DNA of 64,000 nucleotides from an archaeon (GCA_041659525.1 JBAZYC010000001.1:653731-717730); one strand, 5' to 3'. Positions 53,623-62,061 are shown, counted from the first letter of the stretch. Notes: generated by a model not told the origin, from the sequence alone. Numbers and translations: made by a program.

Positions 53623-54465
53623 TTAAGTTTCTAATTTTTGCGCTTTTTGAAGTTTTTTTCTAAGATTAGCTTGTTGTTTTGATTCTTCTTTTTGAACAAC
53701 AAAAGTAAAATATTCTGCGTCTCTTGAATCTGTTAATCTAGAGTCTCTTGGAACAAATTCTTTTTTTCCTGAAAGTACTTTGAAACCAGTTCTAATTAGA
53801 CTACTAGCTACTTCTTTTTCACTGGATTTCATTATATTAAATACTAATATTCCGTTTGGTTTTAACATGGCATAAAGATTAGTTAATACTTCTTCTCTGC
53901 GTTTTGAAATGGCTGAGAATTCAAAGCTACTTGTTAGCCCTAAAGAGGAATAAATAAGGTTGAATTTTCTTCCTCTGAAAACTTTCTCTAATTGGTTTAA
54001 GTGTGCTACGTGCCAATCAATGTTTCTAAAATTTCTGTGATTCATCCACTTTTTTTCAAGAGCAGTTCCTGTTGCGGAAAAAGCTGTTTTTGGGAATAGT
54101 CCTTTTAGTTGTGAAACTGTTTTTCCTGACCCGCATCCAATTTCAAGTACGCTTCCTCCGCTTGAACCCATTTCTCTAATCATGTTTTGAAGCTTTATTC
54201 CAAGTGCTTGGTTTGTTGCTGCTAAATTTGCATGGTAACTAACTCCATAAGACAATTTTCTATCATGGGTTCTGCTTGTAGCTAATCTTAATGCTAGTTC
54301 GTGTCTTTCATAAGCTTGTTGATTTTTGGATTGACTTGCTCTTGCTACCGCATTTTGGGCAGCCTTGGAAAGCATTCTTTTTGGGATATTAATTCTCGGG
54401 GGCAAAGTTTGTAAGAATTTTTTTGTTCTTATTTTTTGTAACAAAGTAGTTTTTCTTGGAATCAT
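53623..54465 (-). CDS. Class I SAM-dependent methyltransferase with a basic N-terminal extension
   Basis: Motif I SVLEIGCGSGKT. Confidence 0.7.
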   Translation of the reverse strand: MIPRKTTLLQKIRTKKFLQTLPPRINIPKRMLSKAAQNAVARASQSKNQQAYERHELALRLATSRTHDRKLSYGVSYHANLAATNQALGIKLQNMIREMGSSGGSVLEIGCGSGKTVSQLKGLFPKTAFSATGTALEKKWMNHRNFRNIDWHVAHLNQLEKVFRGRKFNLIYSSLGLTSSFEFSAISKRREEVLTNLYAMLKPNGILVFNIMKSSEKEVASSLIRTGFKVLSGKKEFVPRDSRLTDSRDAEYFTFVVQKEESKQQANLRKKLQKAQKLET

Positions 54466-54503
54466 AATTAACTAGTGTGAGGGTTAAATAAAAGGCTTTA
54501 GTT

Positions 54504-55037
54504 TTAATTCCATCCGATTGGTTTTTGTCCTTTTAAGAGCATAATAGCGCGTTTGATTTGATATTTAATAGCCAGTCCTGTTACTCTGGAAGTGTATTCT
54601 AAATCACTTGTATAATTTCCTCTTGTTTTTCTTTGTTTTTTTGTTATTTCAAATATTCTTTTTAGATCTTCATTAGTAACATATCCATGTTGCCCAGGGG
54701 CTTCTTCAAAATCGGCTTCAATTTTGTTTAGTAATTCAATTGCTTTTGGAGTAGTTTTTGTTTTTTCTAATGCCCAATTTGCAACTAACTCAAAATTTTC
54801 TTCAGTGGATGATTTTTTTCTTTTTTCGCCATAAAGTATTTCAAATAGTTCTTTGTTTTTAATTAATATTCTTGCAATTTCTTTAGTATAAGCACTATTT
54901 GCACTGCGAGCTATTTGTCCTTTTAATTTAATTCCATTTGATATTCTCGGAAACTTTCTTCCGAATTTTATAGTAGTTGCAAGTACTCTTCGATTAACAG
55001 AATTTTTCAAAACAATTGGTTTGTTCATGTTAATCAT
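54504..55037 (-). CDS. Hypothetical protein, tandem paralog B
   Basis: KNSVNRRVLATTIKFGRKFPRISNGIKLKG...KELFEILYGE...ANWALEKTKT...AIELLNKI aligns with the upstream gene. Confidence 0.55.
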   Translation of the reverse strand: MINMNKPIVLKNSVNRRVLATTIKFGRKFPRISNGIKLKGQIARSANSAYTKEIARILIKNKELFEILYGEKRKKSSTEENFELVANWALEKTKTTPKAIELLNKIEADFEEAPGQHGYVTNEDLKRIFEITKKQRKTRGNYTSDLEYTSRVTGLAIKYQIKRAIMLLKGQKPIGWN

Positions 55038-55558
55038 TGTCCTTTCAAAAAATTAATTGCTTCAAATAGGGGTGGAAGAATAACAAAAACCCCTGTTCCT
55101 GCTGTATGATTAGTGTGTATTAAAAAATCCTCTTGTTGCGTTTTATTCAATTTTTTAATTTTTGAGATTTTTTTTAGTTCGTTTATATCAGTAGGCATTT
55201 TTTCATTATAGTTTGAACTTAAAATATCATTTTTTATTTTTTCTAATAATTCAATTGCTTCTGAGTGTGTTTTTGTTTTTCTTTTTGCCCAGTTTGCTAT
55301 TAGTTTTCGTTGTTGGCTGGGATCTAGTTTTTGTGCTTGTTCTCCTACAATTAAATCAAATAGTTCTTTGTCTTTGATGAATATTTTTGCGATTTCTTGT
55401 ATGTGTTTGCCTCTTGCTCTTACGTCCATTCTTCCAACTAGTTTAACGCCGTTGTGTATTTCTGGAAATTTTCTTTGAAATTTTAGAGTAGTTGCCAGTA
55501 TTCTTCTATTAGCAGAGTTCTTCATTAAATTTGGGTTCATAGCAAATCTACTTTTCAA
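55034..55558 (-). CDS. Hypothetical protein, tandem paralog A
   Basis: KNSANRRILATTLKFQRKFPEIHNGVKLVG...KELFDLIVGE...ANWAKRKTKT...AIELLEKI. 4-nt overlap with paralog B. Confidence 0.55.
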   Translation of the reverse strand: MKSRFAMNPNLMKNSANRRILATTLKFQRKFPEIHNGVKLVGRMDVRARGKHIQEIAKIFIKDKELFDLIVGEQAQKLDPSQQRKLIANWAKRKTKTHSEAIELLEKIKNDILSSNYNEKMPTDINELKKISKIKKLNKTQQEDFLIHTNHTAGTGVFVILPPLFEAINFLKGQ

Positions 55559-56321
55559 ATTCGCTTAGTGCTTTTGTTAGTTCTTCTATTGGCATTGAGG
55601 TTGTAATTAGAGGAATTTTTTCGCTTTCAGCGATTTTGATTGCTATTGGGTCAACTGGTTTTTCTGGAGTGAATACTCCGTGTAAGATTATCATACTTGG
55701 TCGCATATCTGTAGAAAATCTACCTACTTTTACTGCAATTAGTGGGCTTCTTCCGTTCTCAACGTGCCTAAAAATAAGTACTCTATTTGGAGTTTTTCCA
55801 TAGAGCATCATGTATTCGTGTACTGGTACTTCTAAAATAACTTTTATTGAATCAATTATAGTGTAACCAAAAACAGTTTCTTCTTTTACTTTGTGAGGCA
55901 GGCAAATAATTGTTCCATTTATTTTTTTAACTATTTCAGTTGCTTTTATTCCTGAAGTGAATTCGTGTGAATCAAATGCGCTTACTTGTTCTTGAGCAAA
56001 ATCTTTTTCAAGTTGTTTAACAGTTTTTCCGCCTTTTGATTTATCAAGTTCTATTAGAGCATTAACTAATCTAGAAATTACCCCTATTCCTGGGTTCTTT
56101 CTTCTTCCGCCCTCGTAATCAGAGATTGTTGAAGAAGATACTTTCAAAAAAGAAGCGAGTTCTGTTTGGTGGACTCCAAATATTTCTCTCCATTTCTTCA
56201 TCGATCCGCCTGGATCGCTTGAGAGAGTCATTTCTCCTGCAATAGTCATTGCTAATTTGTCCATACCAATACTAGGTTCAAAGTAATTAATAATGGTTTC
56301 GTCAGTTGTCCTCAAAGACAA
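55548..56321 (-). CDS. XRE-type HTH transcriptional regulator with a large C-terminal domain (COG1395-like)
   Basis: FGVHQTELASFLKVSSSTISDYEGGRRKNPG helix-turn-helix. Overlaps paralog A by 11 nt. Confidence 0.6.
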   Translation of the reverse strand: MSLRTTDETIINYFEPSIGMDKLAMTIAGEMTLSSDPGGSMKKWREIFGVHQTELASFLKVSSSTISDYEGGRRKNPGIGVISRLVNALIELDKSKGGKTVKQLEKDFAQEQVSAFDSHEFTSGIKATEIVKKINGTIICLPHKVKEETVFGYTIIDSIKVILEVPVHEYMMLYGKTPNRVLIFRHVENGRSPLIAVKVGRFSTDMRPSMIILHGVFTPEKPVDPIAIKIAESEKIPLITTSMPIEELTKALSEFEK

Positions 56322-56389
56322 GAGCTTTTTTCGTCAAGTGAATTGCTCTCTTGATTAGGTTTTTATACTTGGTAAATAGTAAGTTGTTT

Positions 56390-57019
56390 ATGGTTAAGAG
56401 TTTTTTTGCTATAAAGAAAGGTGGCTTGAAAAAGTCAACAATTACTGTTAGAGAGCATGGGCTTATTGGAATGGGTTCTGAAAGAGAGGTTCATGAAGCT
56501 AAAGTAGTTGTTTTGCGAAATAAGCAAGGAAAACTAAAGAGAGGAAAAACATTAAAATTGGCTTTGAAGCGTTTTGATCAAGTTTATGAACATGATCATC
56601 CTTGGAGTAATCCTTTTGTTCAAGTAAGAAATTTTAATTCGCTTAAAGAGTTGAATACTAAGAAAAAACTTGGACTCAACATTATTCCTACTTATAGATT
56701 AATTGAAGCTCCCACTAGAACTCCTGGAATAGTTGCAACAAATCTAAGAATTCTTAATTGGGAATTTTTTAAAAAAGTCCCTGAGAAAGTGAAAAAAGAA
56801 GTGTTAGATAAAATCAAAGAACAAATGGATATTGTTAAAAGTGAAGGTTTTGATATAGCTTTTGATGCTTTTGCTTTAGTTAAAGTTAAAGACGATTTGG
56901 TTCCTTATATTGCTGATTTTAGGTCAGTTCACCCTTCTCGTTCACAAGCAGAGATTGAAAAAAAACTTGCACAAATCGAAGCTCATAAAAATGGAAATCA
57001 ATCTAGAAAAGCTAAATAA
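56390..57019 (+). CDS. Hypothetical protein, possible degenerate kinase-like fold
   Basis: GMGSEREVHEAKVV...LALKRF (Gly-loop/Lys-like) and FDAFALVKVKDDLVPYIADF (catalytic/DFG-like). The match is weak. Confidence 0.3.
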   Translation: MVKSFFAIKKGGLKKSTITVREHGLIGMGSEREVHEAKVVVLRNKQGKLKRGKTLKLALKRFDQVYEHDHPWSNPFVQVRNFNSLKELNTKKKLGLNIIPTYRLIEAPTRTPGIVATNLRILNWEFFKKVPEKVKKEVLDKIKEQMDIVKSEGFDIAFDAFALVKVKDDLVPYIADFRSVHPSRSQAEIEKKLAQIEAHKNGNQSRKAK

Positions 57020-57094
57020 TTTTATTTAAATTTAATAGTTAGAAATTATGGTTAAAAAATCATTTTTAATTAAGAATAAATTTTTTTAAAGTGC

Positions 57095-57136
57095 ATAGTT
57101 ATGGGTAATCTTTTTGGAGATTGGTTTGGAGACATT
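57095..57136 (+). repeat. Direct repeat copy 1 (duplicated 5' end of gene 58875..59171)
   Basis: ATAGTTATGGGTAATCTTTTTGGAGATTGGTTTGGAGACATT. Identical to 58868..58910 except for one T/C change and one extra C. It encodes only MGNLFGDWFGDIK followed by a stop (57101..57142). Confidence 0.8.
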
Positions 57137-57213
57137 AAATAAAAAAACTTGTGAATAGATGTAAAGAAACAATATAAATAGTTAAGTGATTAATTATATT
57201 AGGGGGATTATAA

Positions 57214-57543
57214 ATGCGAACTTTTTTTAGAACAATGGCAGGAAGAGTTGCAGATAGAGTTAGTCTTTTTAGGAATCGTCAGCTTCCTTTTCGTGTCCCT
57301 AATAGTAGAAGGGGAGGAGTGCAGAGAGCTAGAATAAAAAATGGGGTGTTATTTGGAAATCAACCATCTCTTGGGGAAGGACGATTTTATGGAAGAGTTG
57401 TTGGATTATCAAAAGGTCCTGATGGATCACTTTACCCAACAAGGAATGAAGGTCCAAAAACAAAACCTTTTCCAAAAGGAGTACTCATAGTGGATAGTAG
57501 GGGTAGAACTGTAGGGGTTCGTCTTGCTGCGGAAGTAAAATAA
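57214..57543 (+). CDS. Hypothetical basic 109-aa protein (inside the repeat-flanked cassette)
   Basis: Arg/Gly-rich, no motif recognised. GGGGGA upstream of the ATG. Confidence 0.45.
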   Translation: MRTFFRTMAGRVADRVSLFRNRQLPFRVPNSRRGGVQRARIKNGVLFGNQPSLGEGRFYGRVVGLSKGPDGSLYPTRNEGPKTKPFPKGVLIVDSRGRTVGVRLAAEVK

Positions 57544-57644
57544 TCTAATCATCTTGCATTAAACGAACCAAATGGGTTCAATATTTTGCCCCAGAATTTT
57601 ATTGTGGGTAAGTTTTATTAATTCCCTAAGCCCTATTCTATTGT

Positions 57645-58808
57645 ATGGGGATTGCAACAAGAAAGATTATTGAAGCTCGTTTGAAAAAACAAAATAGCTA
57701 CTTAAAATTAAAATCAGATTCAGAGCGCAGAAGAGTTCTAGTCAATCATCTTCGCGCAGAGCAAGAGCGTATTAGTCAATTACATCCTAGTCAATTTGCT
57801 GCTTATAAAATAGTAAAAACTTTAGCAACTTCTCAATCTCCAGGAAAACCAATTAAGACAGCGAGTGTTTTGTATGATAAGCATAATGCAGTAACTGGGC
57901 GAGCAATAGAAAATGAATTTAAAAGAAGAGGAATTAAAACTCAGTCACTTGGTTTTGTTAGAGATGAACTTGATTTGAAAATGAATAGGGCTAGTTCTGA
58001 TGCACTAAGAAAGCATTCTAGAAGTGAAGCAGTTGTTTTTTTAACGAAGGGAAATAAATCCCAGTTTGATAATAATGCGGATATTGTTGTTAATGAAGTT
58101 GAACGCAGAAACGGACAAAAGAAAGGTAGTCGTTTGGCTTTGATTTATGGAATAGATAATATGAACGCAACAAGAATGGGGCTTGCTGCTACTCAAAGAA
58201 AAAATGTTTTAATGAGAAAATTTACTACAAAAACAATGAATGCTGTTAAAGGAGCAAGGCAACTAAGTGTTACTACAAGGAATGGAACAAATCTTTCTTT
58301 TTCTTTAAGTCCAAGAGTTAAATGGCTTGCAGATGATGGAGCTATAACAAAAAAACTTTGGGGTAATTTTGTTGCAGGAGAAGTTTATACTACTCCTTTG
58401 AGAGTGGATGGAACAATTGTTCTTGATATGTTTGTTACAGGAGTTGGTAATGTTGAAAAAACTCCAATACGCGCTAAAGTTAGCGGAGGAAGGATTGTAT
58501 TTGATAGTATTACTTGTGCAAGCGAATCGGTTCGTCAAAAATTTTTAAATATTCTTAGAACTGATAAAAATGCTTCAAGAATTGGAGAACTTGGACTTGG
58601 AACAAATGTTTCTATAAATAAACTAACTGGCGGAATTTTAATTGACGAAAAGTTTCCTGGACTACACGTTGCTTTTGGTGATGGTTATGGAGAATATACT
58701 GGAATTAAAGGAAGGGATAGTTTAGAACACAATGATGCTCTTTTGAGAAATCCAACTATTGTGGTTAATGGTAGAAGAATAATGGTTAATGGAAAAAGTC
58801 TTCTATAA
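57645..58808 (+). CDS. M29-family aminopeptidase (AmpS/PepS-like)
   Basis: GEVYTTPLRVDGTIVLD, IGELGLGTN and DEKFPGLHVAFGDGY match the thermophilic metalloprotease M29 blocks. Confidence 0.65.
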   Translation: MGIATRKIIEARLKKQNSYLKLKSDSERRRVLVNHLRAEQERISQLHPSQFAAYKIVKTLATSQSPGKPIKTASVLYDKHNAVTGRAIENEFKRRGIKTQSLGFVRDELDLKMNRASSDALRKHSRSEAVVFLTKGNKSQFDNNADIVVNEVERRNGQKKGSRLALIYGIDNMNATRMGLAATQRKNVLMRKFTTKTMNAVKGARQLSVTTRNGTNLSFSLSPRVKWLADDGAITKKLWGNFVAGEVYTTPLRVDGTIVLDMFVTGVGNVEKTPIRAKVSGGRIVFDSITCASESVRQKFLNILRTDKNASRIGELGLGTNVSINKLTGGILIDEKFPGLHVAFGDGYGEYTGIKGRDSLEHNDALLRNPTIVVNGRRIMVNGKSLL

Positions 58809-58867
58809 CTTCATTTGTCTACAAATTTTAGTTAGTTCATAAAGTATAAATACTCTTTTTGTTGTAT

Positions 58868-58910
58868 ATAGTTCATGGGTAACCTTTTTGGAGATTGGTT
58901 TGGAGACATT
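58868..58910 (+). repeat. Direct repeat copy 2 (intact 5' end of the membrane-protein gene)
   Basis: ATAGTTCATGGGTAACCTTTTTGGAGATTGGTTTGGAGACATT. Confidence 0.8.
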
Positions 58911-59171
58911 TCTGTAATCCTTTTTGTATTCATTGCTTTTTTGATTTTTTATTATTTCATTGCAAAGAAAGGAAAAACAAGAAACGAAGCTGTGTTAGTT
59001 TCTTCTTTAATAATTTTTTTAACATCAGCTTTCTCAGTAATTGATTCTACTTTGTTAGGAAATACTTTTTCGGGGCCAGTAATTGGATTTTATTTACTTG
59101 GAGTAATAGCAATTATTTCTTTAATTGCTTTTATTGCAGAAATAAATAGACTCTGGGAAAGAAAAAAATAG
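58875..59171 (+). CDS. Small membrane protein (3 TM helices)
   Basis: 98 aa and hydrophobic. Its first 12 codons are duplicated at 57101. Confidence 0.6.
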   Translation: MGNLFGDWFGDISVILFVFIAFLIFYYFIAKKGKTRNEAVLVSSLIIFLTSAFSVIDSTLLGNTFSGPVIGFYLLGVIAIISLIAFIAEINRLWERKK

Positions 59172-59189
59172 TTTTTCTATCTTCCTTAT

Positions 59190-59379
59190 TTAAATTATCA
59201 AATCATTGTCACCTCCGCTTTGTCGAATTTTTTCGTTGGACTCTGCTTTTCTCGACTTAAACCTTTCCCCTTTGGGTCGCTGTTGCTAAAGGTTTAATGT
59301 CTCCAAAAGCAGCGGGGCCGTCCATGAAAAAATTCGTTTTTTGCGGAGGTGGCTCAAATGATTTTTTTAAATAATTTAA
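59190..59379 (+). promoter_or_regulatory. ~190-nt imperfect hairpin that pairs an anti-SD-like CACCUCCGC with the SD and start codon of the downstream uORF
   Basis: Paired arms: TTAAATTAT (59190-98) with ATAATTTAA (59371-79); AAATCATT (59200-07) with AATGATTT (59357-64, which includes the ATG at 59358); CACCTCCGC (59210-18) with GCGGAGGTG (59343-51); CGAATTTTTTC with GAAAAAATTCG; CTGCTTTT with AAAAGCAG; TTAAACCTTT with AAAGGTTTAA. Confidence 0.6.
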
Positions 59380-59501
59380 GTAAACCCTCAAAAGAGGAAA
59401 TATTGTCAGTAAAAAGAATTGCAAGATGCAATCCTAATGATTTGGATTCAAGAGAACTTTGGGTTCTTGAACAATTTTTAGAGGGTGATGAAGATGATTA
59501 A
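59358..59501 (+). CDS. Unannotated 47-aa upstream ORF overlapping the LAGLIDADG gene start
   Basis: MIFLNNLSKPSKEEILSVKRIARCNPNDLDSRELWVLEQFLEGDEDD. A strong GGAGGTG lies 6 nt upstream of the ATG. It overlaps the next ORF by ~14-17 nt in another frame. Confidence 0.45.
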   Translation: MIFLNNLSKPSKEEILSVKRIARCNPNDLDSRELWVLEQFLEGDEDD

Positions 59502-60495
59502 TTCATCGCCGGCAAAGAACTTCCAAAGCGATTATAAAGCTCCAAACTTGGAGTCTAATATGGTTAACATTCTTTTGCCAAACTATTTACCAAAATTAGA
59601 TGAAAAAATAAAAGTGCACAATTTTCACAAGGTGCTTTTAGAGTATCATTTGGAAACTAATCTTACTATGCGAGCTGTATCTAAAATAATTGGTTTGCAT
59701 GAAGTAACTTATAGATCATATCTTAGTGGGAAGAATCGACCAGATTTTAAAATGTTAAAAAAATTAAGTAATGTTTATGGAGTTGATTTGTTACAAGTAG
59801 CATTTGAACAAAATCATGAATTTTTTATGGGTAAAAAAGTAATAAAATTACCAAGAGAATTAACTATTGATTTAGCTTATTATATTGGTTATTTGCAAGG
59901 TGATGGTTATTTAGAATCTGATAAAAAAAGTTATGGTTTTGCTGATGAATACCTTAGTCAGATAGAGCAAATGAATGTTTTAACAAAAAATATTTTTAAT
60001 GCTGAAGGACATATTTATGCAGTTGTTTCAAAAATTGCTACAAAACCTTGTTATAATTTAGTGATAAATTCTTTTGTTATTAATTCATTTATTCATGAAT
60101 TTTTTGGGATTATTAGGGGCAAAAAAATTCAATTAAGAATTCCAAAAATAATGTATTCTAATAAACAAATATTAGCATCTTATATTTCAGGCCTTTATGA
60201 TGCCGATGGAACAATCCCAAAACAACCTCAAAAAGCAAAACAACTTTTTGTAGATGTGACTATGAAAGATAAAATTTTTATGGAAGAAATAAAAGAAGTG
60301 TTGAACTCGTTTGGAATTTCTTCTTTAAAATTATATGAAAGACGAAGTCATTCAGGGGTTGGTAGCTGGGATTCACCAAGTTGGGAAATAAGAATTAGAA
60401 GACATGGTGAGATATTGAACTTCTTAAGAGAAATAGGTTTTCATCATCCTGATAAATCAAGAAGAGCAAAAGAGGTGATTTCTATGTTAACATAA
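59488..60495 (+). CDS. Free-standing double-motif LAGLIDADG protein with an N-terminal XRE-type HTH
   Basis: LAYYIGYLQGDGYL and ASYISGLYDADGTI are the two LAGLIDADG motifs. N-terminal MRAVSKIIGLHEVTYRSYLSGKNRP is an HTH. Confidence 0.8.
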   Translation: MKMINSSPAKNFQSDYKAPNLESNMVNILLPNYLPKLDEKIKVHNFHKVLLEYHLETNLTMRAVSKIIGLHEVTYRSYLSGKNRPDFKMLKKLSNVYGVDLLQVAFEQNHEFFMGKKVIKLPRELTIDLAYYIGYLQGDGYLESDKKSYGFADEYLSQIEQMNVLTKNIFNAEGHIYAVVSKIATKPCYNLVINSFVINSFIHEFFGIIRGKKIQLRIPKIMYSNKQILASYISGLYDADGTIPKQPQKAKQLFVDVTMKDKIFMEEIKEVLNSFGISSLKLYERRSHSGVGSWDSPSWEIRIRRHGEILNFLREIGFHHPDKSRRAKEVISMLT

Positions 60496-60497
60496 AA

Positions 60498-60617
60498 CGA
60501 GCCGGTCGGGAATTGGACCCGAGTCTACGCCTAACTTCAATCAATCGGGTTTGTTTTGTAAAACATTTCCAAAAAGATTCTAGGAGTGCGCGATACTATC
60601 CACTATACTACCGGCCC
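60498..60617 (-). tRNA. tRNA-Arg (anticodon CCU) with a 48-nt intron at the canonical 37/38 position
   Basis: Acceptor GGGCCGG/CCGGCTC, D arm GTAT-AGTGGATA-GTAT, anticodon loop CUCCUA|A, T arm TCGGG-TCCAATT-CCCGA. Exons are 60617..60581 and 60532..60498. Bulge-helix-bulge: central helix CUCC/GAAG, 3-nt bulges UA|G and UU|A, inner helix AAUC/GAUU. There is an A31-G39 mismatch. Confidence 0.75.
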
Positions 60618-60677
60618 GTATAAGTCTATTTGTCGGAGAACCTTTAAATTAGTTATTAATCAAACTTTTTCTTTATT

Positions 60678-61244
60678 TTACAAAAGCAATCTTATTGCAG
60701 TAGCAGTAAACAAAGGGACCCAAAGGTTGTCATCAAGTGGGAGTATTTCTATAAGGGTAGCAACTATTCCGCCAATTATTGCAATGTGTAATGGAAAGAA
60801 TAAATTGATACAAATAATTGAGACAATTAAACAAGCAATGCTTCCTTCCCAAGTTTTTTTCTTATATAGTTTGTGTTTCCCAAAGGTTATTCCAATTAGA
60901 GCCGCTGCAGAATCTGCAAATACTTGTACGCTTAGTGCTGCAAGAATTATTTGAGGGCTGTCTTTGAATAAAATTAGTAACAAAATTGCTGATACGAAAA
61001 AATATACTGCTGCTTTTCCAGGGAAATGTTTTTCATTTTCTCTTTCCACATTTTCAACCATTTTTCTAATAAAAGGAAATTCGTGTCCTCTAATTATTGC
61101 GAACGATAAAATTGTTCCTGCAATTAAGCACAATCCAATTATTAGTGCGCTCATTTGGGTTCCTGCGAATTGGATTAGCAATATAAAGAATAATCCGAAG
61201 AGTACGTGAATAGCTTTTCTTACATATTCTCTTGTGTGACTCAT
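60678..61244 (-). CDS. CTP-dependent polyprenol (dolichol) kinase / CdsA-superfamily membrane protein
   Basis: Polytopic. FADSAAALIGITFGKHKLYKKKTWEGSIA matches the D..AA..G...GK....K(S/T)WEGS motif of the cytidylyltransferase/dolichol kinase family. Confidence 0.5.
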   Translation of the reverse strand: MSHTREYVRKAIHVLFGLFFILLIQFAGTQMSALIIGLCLIAGTILSFAIIRGHEFPFIRKMVENVERENEKHFPGKAAVYFFVSAILLLILFKDSPQIILAALSVQVFADSAAALIGITFGKHKLYKKKTWEGSIACLIVSIICINLFFPLHIAIIGGIVATLIEILPLDDNLWVPLFTATAIRLLL

Positions 61245-61329
61245 TTTTTCCCTTCTGTTTTATATCCTTAATACACTAACTTCTATTTAACCACTTCTGA
61301 ATAGATTAACATTGCCAAAAATCGAGGAT

Positions 61330-61986
61330 TTACTTCTTTTTTACGAGTATTAAGTAGTGGTGTTTTTCGTAGGGTTCTATGTCAATTGTTTGTATTACTT
61401 CGAATTCTTTTTCAAGTAATTTGGTTTCATCAGAGAGTACTTTTTGGGGGGTTAGTGATTGTGAAATGCTTTTTGTTTTTAGTGCGAGTGCCCCTAGCCC
61501 TCCTTTTTTTAAGAATTGTGCGTTTCGCAGGAAAATATCCGCTTGGTTTCTTTGGGAGATATCTTGAAACATTGCATCTACTTTTTGGGTAAAAAATTCT
61601 TTGTAATTATCAGTGCTTTGTGCGTCACTTAGTATTGGAAATAAATTTGTTCTTAGTTCTGCAAGTTTAGCAAGTTTTTGCATTGCTATTTCGCTTACAT
61701 CTAAGCAAAAAACTGCTCCTTTCTCTCCAACAATATCTGAAACGTGACTTACTGTTGTTCCTTCTGCGCTTCCTAAATAAAGTACGCTTGCTCCGTCAAA
61801 GAAAATACTTTTTTTAATTCCATTAACTATTCCCGCTCCATATTTGGATCGGTGTGGGTCCCATTCGCGGTACTCAATTCCTTCTTCATTAATTAGTCTT
61901 TCTCCATAAACTCTTTTAGTGGGTAAAAGGTTTTTTGTGTAAATGGATTTATTTTTTTTATAAATTCCATCAAAAATTTGTTGCAT
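61330..61986 (-). CDS. flpA: Fibrillarin (rRNA/tRNA 2'-O-methyltransferase)
   Basis: YREWDPHRSKYGAGIVNG and VLYLGSAEGTTVSHVSDIVG. ATG at 61986. Confidence 0.95.
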   Translation of the reverse strand: MQQIFDGIYKKNKSIYTKNLLPTKRVYGERLINEEGIEYREWDPHRSKYGAGIVNGIKKSIFFDGASVLYLGSAEGTTVSHVSDIVGEKGAVFCLDVSEIAMQKLAKLAELRTNLFPILSDAQSTDNYKEFFTQKVDAMFQDISQRNQADIFLRNAQFLKKGGLGALALKTKSISQSLTPQKVLSDETKLLEKEFEVIQTIDIEPYEKHHYLILVKKK

Positions 61987-62061
61987 AAGTAAAATCCTCA
62001 AAATAGTTTTTTTTTTACTTAATTTATTTAAATTAATTTTATTCCTAAATTAATTTATTTT

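Noticed and set aside
59190-59379. Long hairpin, considered as an SRP RNA or as a MITE
   Set aside because: It has no GNAR tetraloop or helix-8-like asymmetric loop motifs, and it is too short for an archaeal SRP RNA. I saw no second copy in the window and no target-site duplication. The SD/AUG sequestration explanation fits better.
60586-60954. 122-aa plus-strand ORF from the track
   Set aside because: It starts inside the tRNA-Arg gene and runs antisense to the polyprenol-kinase-like membrane gene. It has no SD and an implausible sequence.
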